DNA of 64,000 nt from assembly GCA_009695195.1 (NCBI GenBank), contig SIBJ01000006.1, positions 9,587 to 73,586 on the forward strand, read 5' to 3'. Position 1 is the stretch's first letter; each line of letters starts with the position of its first letter. Origin of the DNA: Pedosphaera sp. Its GTDB lineage: Bacteria; Verrucomicrobiota; Verrucomicrobiia; Limisphaerales; JADLHS01. The translations under genes and the position numbers were made by a program. Under the pieces are notes generated by a model, which was not told where the DNA came from, ran no database searches, and saw only the letters and a list, made by a program, of their open reading frames with translations. Shown piece by piece: positions 29,837-39,354 of this stretch.

Positions 29837-29940
29837 TCTTAATCGTAATCTTAATCTTACTCTTAATCCCTTTCGCAATTCCCGGCGGCCTGGGTGTGAA
29901 TGGACAGAGATTAAGATTACGATGAAGATTAAGAGTAAGA
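29837..29940. repeat. inverted pair of degenerate hexamer arrays (TCTTAA)n...(GATTAA)n, copy 1
   Basis: tcttaatcgtaatcttaatcttactcttaatc ... gattaagattacgatgaagattaagagtaaga; second copy at 56591-56663. Confidence 0.85.
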
Positions 29941-30070
29941 ACCGAAACGTGACCGACACTTCCAGTCGCACCCTCAAGGCGACGGAGTTTGACTGGACCG
30001 GGTGGTTGCGTTTCGTCCTCGGGAATTCTTAACCCCGCCGCCGAAGCTCGCGCTCCGGCAGAAAACATTT

Positions 30071-31228
30071 CTACGGTTTCCGCACGATCACCACGGCGTT
30101 GGCGATGGAGCGTTCGTGTTTGTCCGAGGGTGAGTTCATCACCTTGCCATTCAACCAGAACGTCGCCGAGCCGCCGCCGTCGAGATTCAACGCGTCGGTG
30201 CAGCCGAGTTGTTTCATCAGCGCCGCCAGCTCGACAAAACTCAGGCCGACGGAGAGTTCCTTTTGCCGCCCGTCCACTTCGACGAGAAAAAAGTAGCGGC
30301 GGTTGAAACCCAGCGCCGTGCGCGGGTGGCGCGGTAGCAGATAATCACTGAGGCCTTTGCGGGCCGGCCAGGCCTGCTCTTTTCCATCGAGCACCAGGAT
30401 CGGTCCGCCGCCGATGGCGGTGACGACGTTCGTGAGGTGCAACGGTGTGGCGGTGGTGAACTGCAACCGGTCGGCGGGATGAATCGCGGCGAGGTTGGTT
30501 TTCAAGTCGCCGGTCAGGCTCAACACCATCGCGTCGGCGGGAATGGTGGAATTGCCGTCGGCGCGGATTTCCTTCACCCGCGCTTGATAATTTTCTTCCA
30601 CGCGCAGCGGCAGCCACGGGCCGTCGCCGGATTTTTCGAGGATGAGTTCGGCGGCGTTGGTGGCGGCGGTGGATTTGCCGAACGCCGGTGTGAAGAGCGT
30701 GGCGCGGTGCGCGCGCGGAGTTTCGTTCAGGTAAAATTGCGTCCGCCCGCCGGCGGGCCAGGTCAATTCGAAGCGGCTGTCCACCGCGGCGATGTGCAGC
30801 CCGCCGCGGGCGTCCACCCAAAAGGATTTGTCAATCGGCGCGCTGACGAGTTCGCCGTCGAGAATCTGAAAGCCCTGCGGGTCGCCCTGATACGGGCCGG
30901 GCTGGATGAGAAAATAATCGCCGTTGACGGCGGCGAGCGGTTGCCCGCGCGCGGCGGGGAACGCGGTCATCTGGTGCGAAAGCGAGGCGAGGCCCTGGAT
31001 TTGGTTCCGCGCGAGTGACGTGGTGATGACGAGATTCTTCTGTCGGCGATCCAGCCGTGCGATGTGGATGGACCACGGCTGGTTCGTCTCGCGGAGGTGC
31101 GCGTAGTCGAGACCGGGAGCGATGGAGGTGTAACGGGGTTTTGGAAGTTCGAGAGGTTGACCGCGCGCCGCGACTTGAGCACCGGTGAACGCGAGGACGA
31201 ACCAGAAGCAACGCGCCGCCGGTTTCAC
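30071..31228 (-). CDS. phosphodiester glycosidase family protein (NAGPA/DUF2233)
   Basis: [47 protein letters not shown] overlaps upstream stop. Confidence 0.9.
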   Translation of the reverse strand: MKPAARCFWFVLAFTGAQVAARGQPLELPKPRYTSIAPGLDYAHLRETNQPWSIHIARLDRRQKNLVITTSLARNQIQGLASLSHQMTAFPAARGQPLAAVNGDYFLIQPGPYQGDPQGFQILDGELVSAPIDKSFWVDARGGLHIAAVDSRFELTWPAGGRTQFYLNETPRAHRATLFTPAFGKSTAATNAAELILEKSGDGPWLPLRVEENYQARVKEIRADGNSTIPADAMVLSLTGDLKTNLAAIHPADRLQFTTATPLHLTNVVTAIGGGPILVLDGKEQAWPARKGLSDYLLPRHPRTALGFNRRYFFLVEVDGRQKELSVGLSFVELAALMKQLGCTDALNLDGGGSATFWLNGKVMNSPSDKHERSIANAVVIVRKP

Positions 31229-31986
31229 AGCGGCGTCTTGCCCGTGCGGACACTCCAATCAAAATACAAATAATTTCTAAGCGCCGGCTTCTTGCTGCCA
31301 TGAACCGGCTCCACCGCGATGTAACTTTGGTAAGTCGCCGCGGTGATCCCCAGACTGAGGAGCAATTGCAGGTCGCAATCGGTCATCGCCCAGGCATCGG
31401 CGGGTCTGGCAATGGAGAAAACCTTTTTCGTGGCCGCGTAGGGAGTATTTGGCCGGCCGAAGGGATAAACGATATTCGCCGCGGCATTGTTCGGATCATT
31501 GACTATGGTGCTTTGGGAAAAATAACTGACCGGCAATTTTAGGTTGTCCGCATCGGGGGCAAGTCGGGGCAGGGCTTTGTAGGACCCGGAACAGATGGTG
31601 ACGGCGGCAGTGCGCACAAGTGAATCCGGCGCGGGAATTCCCAAATAGGTCGTGAGCGACGCGACGATCGAACCTTTGTACTTGTCCGCCCCCGCCACCG
31701 AACCCGCCGCAACCGACGGAAGATAATCCTTGTAAGTGAAAAACATCCCCGTCCAGGTCGGGCCGGGCAGGAAATCGCTGTTGTCGTGGGTGTACATCGA
31801 GATGGCGTAGGCAAACTGCTTGAGATTGCTGGTGCAGTTCGCGCGGTCGGCTTTCTGTTTGGCCTTGGCCAGCGCCGGCAACAGCATGGCCGCCAGGATC
31901 GCAATGATGGCGATGACGACGAGCAGTTCAATCAAGGTGAACGCACGGAGCGTCTTTTGATCCGGTACACGAGCGGTCTGGTTCAT
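31225..31986 (-). CDS. prepilin-type N-terminal cleavage/methylation domain protein (DUF1559-like)
   Basis: [30 protein letters not shown]...C.SNLKQ; C-terminal H...NYLYFDW variant of H-X9-DG. Confidence 0.92.
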   Translation of the reverse strand: MNQTARVPDQKTLRAFTLIELLVVIAIIAILAAMLLPALAKAKQKADRANCTSNLKQFAYAISMYTHDNSDFLPGPTWTGMFFTYKDYLPSVAAGSVAGADKYKGSIVASLTTYLGIPAPDSLVRTAAVTICSGSYKALPRLAPDADNLKLPVSYFSQSTIVNDPNNAAANIVYPFGRPNTPYAATKKVFSIARPADAWAMTDCDLQLLLSLGITAATYQSYIAVEPVHGSKKPALRNYLYFDWSVRTGKTPL

Positions 31987-32089
31987 AACTGGTTCGCTGA
32001 AGATAAAATCCCATAAGCCCGGCCGGTGGCAAGTCAGATTTGCCGCGATTTTTGTTTGCAGCTTTGGGCCGGGGTGCTAACAGCGGGTC

Positions 32090-32458
32090 GTGAAACCGCA
32101 CCTCTTGTTCGTGGATGACGAAGCCCCGATCCGTGAAATGCTTTCGCTCTACTTCCACAAACGCGGCTACGAAGTCTCCACCGCCACCGAAAGCGCCGAA
32201 GCCGTCCGCCTCGCGGAAGGGAACACTTTCAGCGCCGCCATCCTGGACGTGGACATCGCGGGCGAAAACGGCCTCGCGTTGTTGACGCTCTTGAAAGCGA
32301 AATATCCCAAGCTGCCGATCATCATGTTCACGGGATTCGACACGAACGAAGACCTGCTGGCGAAGGCGATGTCGCTCGGCGCGGACGGTTTCATGCGGAA
32401 GACGGAATCGCTGCACGATCTGCTCGGGATCGTCGAGCGCTACGCGCCGGTGGATTAG
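32090..32458 (+). CDS. single-domain response regulator (CheY-like receiver)
   Basis: LFVDDE, ILDVDI phosphoacceptor Asp, IMFTG, FMRK. Confidence 0.9.
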   Translation: MKPHLLFVDDEAPIREMLSLYFHKRGYEVSTATESAEAVRLAEGNTFSAAILDVDIAGENGLALLTLLKAKYPKLPIIMFTGFDTNEDLLAKAMSLGADGFMRKTESLHDLLGIVERYAPVD

Positions 32459-34242
32459 ACCAGCACCGCTTCGAGGTCTTCCAGTTCGAGGAAGCCGTGC
32501 AACTGGCGGATGCGCGTCGGGTGACGCATTTTGCGGAGGGCCTTGGCTTCGATCTGCCGGATGCGTTCGCGCGTGACGCGAAATTGTTTCCCGACTTCCT
32601 CCAGCGTGCGCGCGTAACCGTCCACCAGGCCGAAACGTTGTTCGAGCACTTTGCGTTCGCGTTCGGTCAGGCTGCCGAGCACGTCGCCGAGTTTGTCCTT
32701 CAAGAGACTGAAGCTCGTCAGGTCCGACGGGCTTTCGGTGGATTTGTCCTCGATGAAATCGCCGAAGCTCGTCTCCTCGCCGTCGCCGACGGGCGACTGA
32801 AGGGAAATGGGTTGCTGTGCCATCTTGAGCACGGCGCGGACGCGGTCGGTCGGCAATTGCAGTTCCTCGGCGATCTCCTCGGGCGACGGCTCGCGGCCGA
32901 AATCCTGCAACAATCTTTTTTGGGCCCGCATCAGCTTGTTGATCGTTTCGATCATGTGAACGGGAATGCGGATGGTCCGGGCCTGATCGGCGATGGAACG
33001 CGTGATGGCCTGGCGGATCCACCACGTCGCGTAGGTGGAAAACTTGTAACCGCGGCGGCACTCGAATTTTTCCACGGCCTTCATCAAACCCATGTTGCCT
33101 TCCTGGATGAGATCGAGGAAGGAGAGGCCGCGGTTGGTGTATTTCTTGGCGATGGAGATGACGAGCCGCAGATTGGCCTCGACCATTTCCGTCTTGGCCT
33201 GGTGCGCCTTGGCCATGAAATGTTTCAACTGCTCGTAGGCCGCGAGGTATTCCTTGCGCGGCAGGCGGACGAATTCCTCGAGCGCGCGGATCTTGCGCTC
33301 CTCGGATTCGATGATCGCGTGTTGTTGCGGCGACTTGCGCTGCACTTCCCATTCGTGAATCTGCCGCAGGCTGCACTGGACCTTGTCGTAAATGTTCTCC
33401 GCGACCAGGCACATTTCTTCGACGACCTTTTGTTTGTAAAAAAACTTGGGGAACGAACTCTGAAGTTTTTGGTCGGCCTTTTTGAAAGCGTTGTGGGCGC
33501 GGTTGCGGGCGGTCTTGCCATGCGCGGCCTGCCAGCCGGCATATTTTTCGTCCGAGACGCGGTCGAGTTCACGCGCGAGCTTGACGAGGCGGCGCATCTC
33601 GCGCACGTGCCGGTCGCGGCTGTCCACCTTCTTGTCGAGGATGACGCGGTCGAACCGTTCCTTCGGCGGTTCAGAGATGAGTTTTTCCGCCAGCGCGATG
33701 TGCTCCTTGCCGGCGAAGCCGAAGCCGTAAATGATCTTGGTGACTTCCCGCTCGGCGTCTTCGATGCGCTTGGAGATGACGACTTCCTGCTCGCGGGAGA
33801 GCAACGGCACCGCGCCCATCTGCTTGAGATACATGCGGACGGGATCGTCCAGAATGTCCAGCCGCGACTTGTCCTCCTCCTCCTCCGGTTCGGGCTGTTT
33901 GATGCGGTCAACCTCGGCCTGGTCCACGATGTCAATTTCCAGATTCCGCAGCTTGGTGTGAACCTCCTCCAAATCCTCCGGGGAGACGACGTTCTCCGGC
34001 AGCGCCTCGGCGACGTCGCCGTGCGTGAGGTAGCCCTGCTCCTGCGCGAGGCGGATGAGATCCTTGACCTTCTCGGCCAGCTCGGCGTCGGTGGGCGGCG
34101 CGGCGAGCGCGCCGTTCGCGGCGGGCGACGCGCCATTATTGGCGTGGGCCGCGTGCGTGGAAGGATTCCTGTGGGTGGCGGCTCGGGTGAGTCTCCGAGA
34201 ATTGGACGGCGACGGGTGCGCGCATTCCTTCGACTTAGACAT
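32455..34242 (-). CDS. rpoD: RNA polymerase sigma factor RpoD-type (regions 1.1-4)
   Basis: [83 protein letters not shown]. Confidence 0.93.
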   Translation of the reverse strand: MSKSKECAHPSPSNSRRLTRAATHRNPSTHAAHANNGASPAANGALAAPPTDAELAEKVKDLIRLAQEQGYLTHGDVAEALPENVVSPEDLEEVHTKLRNLEIDIVDQAEVDRIKQPEPEEEEDKSRLDILDDPVRMYLKQMGAVPLLSREQEVVISKRIEDAEREVTKIIYGFGFAGKEHIALAEKLISEPPKERFDRVILDKKVDSRDRHVREMRRLVKLARELDRVSDEKYAGWQAAHGKTARNRAHNAFKKADQKLQSSFPKFFYKQKVVEEMCLVAENIYDKVQCSLRQIHEWEVQRKSPQQHAIIESEERKIRALEEFVRLPRKEYLAAYEQLKHFMAKAHQAKTEMVEANLRLVISIAKKYTNRGLSFLDLIQEGNMGLMKAVEKFECRRGYKFSTYATWWIRQAITRSIADQARTIRIPVHMIETINKLMRAQKRLLQDFGREPSPEEIAEELQLPTDRVRAVLKMAQQPISLQSPVGDGEETSFGDFIEDKSTESPSDLTSFSLLKDKLGDVLGSLTERERKVLEQRFGLVDGYARTLEEVGKQFRVTRERIRQIEAKALRKMRHPTRIRQLHGFLELEDLEAVLV

Positions 34243-34285
34243 ACAAATCAAAACTTCAAATCACCGAACCGTAAACGGGTGCTGC

Positions 34286-34315
34286 AATATGGTGAAGGGG
34301 TGCCGGAGTCGTCAA
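34286..34315 (-). promoter_or_regulatory. candidate sigma70 promoter for the rpoD-type gene
   Basis: Minus strand TTGACG-N18-CATATT, about 45 nt upstream of the ATG. Confidence 0.35.
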
Positions 34316-34389
34316 GTCGCTGCGTGATATATTTTCGACGCGCGGCAGTCCGCCAAAAACCCGACGCGCGGCGCCAAATCACCGAGGCC

Positions 34390-34977
34390 TCACAACTCGA
34401 ACAACGGGCGAAATTGGTCGGCGAGTTGACGCCAGTTGATCGGCGCGTTGCCGACGGCTTGCACGGTGATCAGGACTGGTTCGTGGCCGGCGCGACCGAG
34501 CGTCAAGCGGCGCAACGTCGCCTGCCACCAATACCGCGCCGCGGACGCATGGCGCACTTGCCCATCGGAATACCACAGGAGCGATTCCGCTTCGCGACCG
34601 TTCTTTTGCGCGCGGATCAGTTGCGCCTCACCGCCGTCCACGGGGAAAGAATTTTTGCTGACCACCTGCCAGCCGTCACCGCGCAGGCAATAAAGCGGGT
34701 CGTGAACGGCGTGGCGATTGCGGGTGCCGTCCACGATCCAGACGATCACCCGCTGACCGCCGACTTCGTAGCCGCGTTTGGTGACGGTGGCCTTGCCAAA
34801 TAAACCGCGCATGTATTCGGGATAGGTGAGTTCCTGACCATTGAACGTCAGGCCGGATACGGGAAACGCCCGCACGCGGTCCTGCGCGTCCGGCAAGGGA
34901 TAGAATTGCCACAGCAAACCGAGCGCGACCGCCACCGCGAGGCCGAGCCAGAGGAGATTGCGATTTTTTTTGGTCAT
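34390..34977 (-). CDS. exosortase-associated EpsI-like periplasmic protein
   Basis: Single N-terminal TM; RHAVHDPLYCLRGDGW matches the EpsI H.P..C..G.GW motif; downstream of exosortase. Confidence 0.8.
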   Translation of the reverse strand: MTKKNRNLLWLGLAVAVALGLLWQFYPLPDAQDRVRAFPVSGLTFNGQELTYPEYMRGLFGKATVTKRGYEVGGQRVIVWIVDGTRNRHAVHDPLYCLRGDGWQVVSKNSFPVDGGEAQLIRAQKNGREAESLLWYSDGQVRHASAARYWWQATLRRLTLGRAGHEPVLITVQAVGNAPINWRQLADQFRPLFEL

Positions 34978-35459
34978 GGTTTTTCCCTCGCGCACCGGCG
35001 CGAAGCCGCGCGAATGGTCCACGCCGCACCCAGCAGCGCGACGAGAATCCGGGCGGGCAGCATGAATTGCGGCATCACCTGGCTCACGTAATATCCGAAC
35101 ACGGGCATCCAGCCAACGGACGCGAGCAGCCACGGCAGATTTCGCGGCGCCCACCGGACCATCCCGACGAGGGCGCAAGCGAGACCGGCGTAATGAAACG
35201 CATTGAACGCGCCGAGCGTTCCGAACAACGACAAGCCCAGTCCGATCCAGAGCAGGACGGGGATTTCGTTGGGAAGGTTCGGGTCCGCTTCAGCCCGCGC
35301 GAGGAGCCACGCGAGGGGCGAGAGCCAGACGATGAGCGCGAGCCAACCGAACTTGTCGAACGGCGAGTCACGCCACGCGTCCACGAGGTCAAAGGCTCTC
35401 CAACCGCAGTAGGCGACCACGGCAAGCGCCACGAGCGATGGTCGGCGCAAGTTTCTCAT
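34974..35459 (-). CDS. hypothetical membrane protein resembling a non-catalytic exosortase N-terminal half
   Basis: MRNLRRPSLV..., AWRDSPFDKFGWLAL, about 5-6 TM; ATGA overlaps at both ends. Confidence 0.7.
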   Translation of the reverse strand: MRNLRRPSLVALAVVAYCGWRAFDLVDAWRDSPFDKFGWLALIVWLSPLAWLLARAEADPNLPNEIPVLLWIGLGLSLFGTLGAFNAFHYAGLACALVGMVRWAPRNLPWLLASVGWMPVFGYYVSQVMPQFMLPARILVALLGAAWTIRAASRRCAREKP

Positions 35460-36268
35460 GCCGCGGTGGCCGCCGGCGTGGGACGCGCGCGCTGCATCGC
35501 AAACAGCGCGGAGCACAGCAGGAACATCAGCACCAGCACGAGCCACGCGCCCCAGGTGTGAAACATTCCCTGCGAAAACTCGGGACTGATGGTGAGCGAC
35601 GCGACGACCAGCGTGATGATGCGGACGGTGTTCGCAATCCACGCGAGCGCGATGAGCCCCGGCAGGTTCCACCAAAAATTCCGCTGCTGGCCGAGGAAGA
35701 TGAACGCGAGCATGGACCCAGCGATGAGCATGGACTGGAGCGTGTTCAGACCGGAACAGGCGGCCTCCACGGAGATCGGCAAGCCTTGCACGAGCAGATT
35801 GGTGCCGTTCTGCACAACGCCAAAACCCATCAGCGCGAACAAGTGTGCGACCGCCCACGCCGCGCTCAACCGGAAGCACCAGCCGATCCACTGGCCGTCC
35901 AGCGTGATCCACGGAAAGGCCAGCAACGGGAGCACCAGAAGTTTTCTCACCGCCGGCAACGAGTCGGACGACAGCCGTGAGCGCAGCCACGTCCAAAGCA
36001 ACCAGGTCCAGCTCAACGCGAGCACGATGGTGAGTTCCGTCACCACGCCGACGACAAAACCGGCGGCGGCCAGGGCGATGGCAGCAATCGAGCGGGGCGG
36101 CGAATCTTTCTGGAATCGCCACGGCTTGCCGAGCCAGACAAAAATGGGCAACGCTGCCAGGATCGGCAGCGCGTCGCCGGCGGCGGAAACCCAGGTCAGG
36201 TCGCGGACCCAAATGAAAACCGCAAGCGCGACCAGCGCGGCGACAAAGCCAATGTCCTTGCCGGTCAT
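35456..36268 (-). CDS. exosortase/archaeosortase family protein
   Basis: VEAACSGL (Cys), ANTVRI (Arg), FHTWG (His) triad within a multi-TM protein. Confidence 0.92.
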   Translation of the reverse strand: MTGKDIGFVAALVALAVFIWVRDLTWVSAAGDALPILAALPIFVWLGKPWRFQKDSPPRSIAAIALAAAGFVVGVVTELTIVLALSWTWLLWTWLRSRLSSDSLPAVRKLLVLPLLAFPWITLDGQWIGWCFRLSAAWAVAHLFALMGFGVVQNGTNLLVQGLPISVEAACSGLNTLQSMLIAGSMLAFIFLGQQRNFWWNLPGLIALAWIANTVRIITLVVASLTISPEFSQGMFHTWGAWLVLVLMFLLCSALFAMQRARPTPAATAA

Positions 36269-38235
36269 CGGCGCGCCTCCAATTTGGCGATCTCTTCGAG
36301 GTTGCGGCGGAATTGCGCGCTCTCGGGATACTTTTGGGCGAGCTCCTCGGTGAGCCGGCGCGCGCGCGGCCAGTTTTTTTCCAGGACCGCCTGCCGCGCG
36401 AGAAATGATTTCGCCTCGTCGGACTCGCTTTCGATGGCGTTGTAAATCTTCAACGCTTCGTCGGTCTTGTTCTGAGCCAGCGCGATGTGGGCCAGCAGTT
36501 GCTGGCCGTCCACACTTTTCTTCAAACGCGGCAAGGCCTCGACCGCAACCGTGGCTTGGTCGTAATGCTTTAAGTGGAGATGCGTCTCGGCGACGCGAAT
36601 GGCCGCGCGCAGGCCCACGTCCGAATCGGCCGAGGCCAGCGGGTTGAGCTTGCGCAGGCCTTCGTCATATTTTCCCTCCGTGAGCAGAATTTCGCCGACG
36701 ATAAGTTCCAGCGAGGGAAAAGATTTTTGCCGCGCCGCGAACTCGAGCGCCGGGGCGCTGCCGCGATTGAAGCGCGTCGCCTGCGTCAAACCATACGCGA
36801 ACCATTCCGGGAGACCGTCGGGCATCACGTCGTCGTGCGGCAGGGCCAGCGCCGCCTCCGCCCAGCCGCTCGCGAGGAAAACGGCGGTGAAGGCATTTTT
36901 GCCGCGGAGCAATTTTTCCAGTTCAGCGGAAAGTTTCTGGCTGGAGTCTTTGGTCACCGCGTCAATCTGTTCGAGCAATTGGTGCCGCGTTTTCGGCGGC
37001 GCGCTGCTCAAGGCGATGTTCACACCGACGGGCAGTTTCAATTCCCCGTTCTTGCGATAGATCAGCACGCGCAGCAAAGCGCTTTCGAGATCAATCTGCC
37101 ATGACTTGGACCGAAAACGGTTGAACTCGAGGAGTTTGGTGGCGTCGTCTTCTTTTCCCGCCTGGAGCAGGGAGATCAGGCGCAACCAAAAAGTTTCCTG
37201 CAATTGCTGCTCGTAACGCCGGGCCTCGGAAATTTTCTCGAACCCGGCATCATCCCAGAATTTTCCCGGCGGCAACGCGAGCAGGTAACGGACGAAGGGT
37301 TGCACTGGACCGAACGGCGGGGTGGTGACATTCCAGTCAAACTTGATCGTGCGCGTCATCCGGGTCCAAAACAATGTCCGCAGCCAGATCAGATCCGTGG
37401 CTTGGGAATTGGTGAGGCCGTTGGCCCAGGTCAGTACGGCGAGGTCGTAGTTGCCGCCCCGGCGGAAGAATTCGCCCAATTGATCGCGGAAGTAGGAGCT
37501 GTTGGTGTTGGCGGCCAGCGCGGCCTGGAATTCCATTTGCGCGAGACTGCGTTTCCCCGCGGCTTCGAGAAGCTGGCCGCGGAACAAACGGACCTCGGAG
37601 TTGCGCGGGTCAAGCTTGGCGGCCTGATCCAGAAAACTCCACGCGGCCTTCAAATCGCCCGGCGTGTTGATCAAGGCGAGCCGCGCGAGCCGGCCGCCGT
37701 CGGCTGGCCCCGCGAAGGACCGCGAGTTCAAAAGCGCCACCGCTTCGGAGCGTTTGCCGCGCAAGAGCAGCGCGTCCACATCGAGTTCAAACCACGCGGA
37801 CGTTTTAGTTTCACGGCCGCTCCACCGCGCGCGGAGTTTGTCCAAGGCGTCGAAGTTGGCTGCGTGCAAGGCCGCGCGCCCGACTTGAAGCGAAGCGGCC
37901 TCCTGTTGGTCGAACAGTTCGGGCGCGCCATCATAAAGCGCGAAGAGCCGCGGGAGGTGGCCCATCTGACTCAGGGCTTCAATCTCCCGCGATTGCCAGA
38001 TGGCTTTCTGCCGTTCGGACTGGTGCTTGACCGAGCGGCTGTGCTGTTGAATGACTGCCAGCGCGTCGGCCCCACGTCCCTGTGCGAGATAATCGCTTGC
38101 GGCCTGATAGCTGCGCCTTTCCTGGGCTTTGACGACGTGAGATTTCCAAGCGAAGAATCCGCCGATCAAGACCGCGAGAGCAAGCACCGTTGCCACCACC
38201 CATAACACCCGGTTCGGACGCTTTGCGTTTGTCAT
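36265..38235 (-). CDS. membrane-anchored TPR protein of the PEP-CTERM locus
   Basis: N-terminal TM, multiple TPR-like repeats (AAKLDPRNSEVRLFRGQLLEAAG); stop overlaps exosortase start. Confidence 0.8.
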   Translation of the reverse strand: MTNAKRPNRVLWVVATVLALAVLIGGFFAWKSHVVKAQERRSYQAASDYLAQGRGADALAVIQQHSRSVKHQSERQKAIWQSREIEALSQMGHLPRLFALYDGAPELFDQQEAASLQVGRAALHAANFDALDKLRARWSGRETKTSAWFELDVDALLLRGKRSEAVALLNSRSFAGPADGGRLARLALINTPGDLKAAWSFLDQAAKLDPRNSEVRLFRGQLLEAAGKRSLAQMEFQAALAANTNSSYFRDQLGEFFRRGGNYDLAVLTWANGLTNSQATDLIWLRTLFWTRMTRTIKFDWNVTTPPFGPVQPFVRYLLALPPGKFWDDAGFEKISEARRYEQQLQETFWLRLISLLQAGKEDDATKLLEFNRFRSKSWQIDLESALLRVLIYRKNGELKLPVGVNIALSSAPPKTRHQLLEQIDAVTKDSSQKLSAELEKLLRGKNAFTAVFLASGWAEAALALPHDDVMPDGLPEWFAYGLTQATRFNRGSAPALEFAARQKSFPSLELIVGEILLTEGKYDEGLRKLNPLASADSDVGLRAAIRVAETHLHLKHYDQATVAVEALPRLKKSVDGQQLLAHIALAQNKTDEALKIYNAIESESDEAKSFLARQAVLEKNWPRARRLTEELAQKYPESAQFRRNLEEIAKLEARR

Positions 38236-38389
38236 AATCTCTGGCTCGAATCATCGCAGCCGCACTCCATCTGCACAAGTCCGCTGATTCGCAGGTACTC
38301 CACGGGGAAAACGGCGTGGGTCGGTGGGTTCATAGTATCCGATGTCCGTGGTCACCGACCCCACGATAGTTCCTCCCGGTCATTCGCAA

Positions 38390-38424
38390 GAAAAGGAGCG
38401 CCAGGTTTTCACCTGACGCTCTTT
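38390..38424 (-). terminator. intrinsic terminator/attenuator after the PEP-CTERM gene
   Basis: Minus strand GAGCGTCAGGT-GAAA-ACCTGGCGCTC followed by CTTTTC. Confidence 0.7.
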
Positions 38425-38457
38425 ACGGTAACCAACAACCCAACCCAAAATACCAGC

Positions 38458-39156
38458 TTAGGCTTTCGCGACGGAGAATTGAGCCACCGACGCGATGCGG
38501 CGCTTCAGATAGACCGCCAAGCCGACGAACGAACCAAGAACCAGATAGGTGGAAGGTTCTGGCACCGGGCCGCCGGTGTCGCGGCCGCCGCCATCGCCGT
38601 CGCCAATCCAATCGCTCTGGCCGTTGCTCAACGATTGGAGGTGGGCTGCGGAGAAGTAAACGCCTTGCCCGCCACCCGTCTCGCTCGCGTAATTGAAGTC
38701 AGCGGCGGTTAGACCAGGAATCCCGGTGATCAGGTAAGTGACGGAATCTCCTGCTTCGAACCGGCCAGCCCCGGATTGGGCGAAGTCAAAAAGGATATCG
38801 AAGAAGCCGTCGCCATCGGCCTTGAATGCGTCGGCCCCAGTGCTGACCGAATCAACCGTAACGCCTGAACTGCTTTGCTGGGCGATATTGAGACTGGTCG
38901 CATCGAGACTGGATTTGAGATTGAAATACCAACTGCCAAGGAATTCAGTCCCAGATAGTCCGGAACCGCTCATGGTCAATTGAACTCCGCCGGCCACATC
39001 GGATAACGTGGCGGTCGCCCATGGCCCAGGAAGCCCAGGTGCCGTCGTGCCGCTAAAAATGTAATCGAGACCGAAGGTCAGGTCAGCCTTTGCAGGCATC
39101 ACCGCCGTCGCTGCCAATCCCGCAATCGCCACAAACTTCGTCAGTGTTTTTTTCAT
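38458..39156 (-). CDS. PEP-CTERM sorting domain surface protein
   Basis: Signal peptide MKKTLTKFVAIAGLAATAVMPAKA; C-terminal VPEPSTYLVLGSFVGLAVYLKRR. Confidence 0.95.
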   Translation of the reverse strand: MKKTLTKFVAIAGLAATAVMPAKADLTFGLDYIFSGTTAPGLPGPWATATLSDVAGGVQLTMSGSGLSGTEFLGSWYFNLKSSLDATSLNIAQQSSSGVTVDSVSTGADAFKADGDGFFDILFDFAQSGAGRFEAGDSVTYLITGIPGLTAADFNYASETGGGQGVYFSAAHLQSLSNGQSDWIGDGDGGGRDTGGPVPEPSTYLVLGSFVGLAVYLKRRIASVAQFSVAKA

Positions 39157-39164
39157 ACGTCTTT

Positions 39165-39185
39165 TTGTTGTTGTTGTTGTTGTTG
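39165..39185 (-). repeat. (CAA)7 trinucleotide run in the 5' UTR of the PEP-CTERM gene
   Basis: (ttg)7 on the plus strand, ending 8 nt from the ATG. Confidence 0.9.
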
Positions 39186-39207
39186 CCCACTTGGGCAATC
39201 AGACTTT

Positions 39208-39223
39208 AGCAAGCACGATGCCA
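39208..39223 (-). promoter_or_regulatory. sigma54 (-24/-12) promoter of the PEP-CTERM gene
   Basis: Minus strand TGGCAT-CGTGC-TTGCT matches TGGCAC-N5-TTGC; divergent bEBP gene adjacent. Confidence 0.85.
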
Positions 39224-39312
39224 CGATTTGACACGTCTTCTCATCAACTTGAATTGGTGATGTTTACATCTTGAAATCCAGGTTAGCGTACCATCACGCT
39301 CGCACTCGAAAC

Positions 39313-39354
39313 TTGCAAAAGCATTGCACTGCATTATCATCGCATTGCATTTGC
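39313..39354. promoter_or_regulatory. candidate enhancer (UAS) for the sigma54 activator
   Basis: gcattgca repeated at 39321 and 39342 (21-bp spacing) among TTGCA motifs, about 100-130 bp upstream of the sigma54 site. Confidence 0.5.

Noticed and set aside
32497..34803. 768-aa ORF antisense to rpoD
   Set aside because: Codon-symmetry artefact opposite a conserved gene
35460..36212. N-terminal extension of the 412-aa ORF
   Set aside because: Out-of-frame overlap with exosortase; real start is ATG 35459
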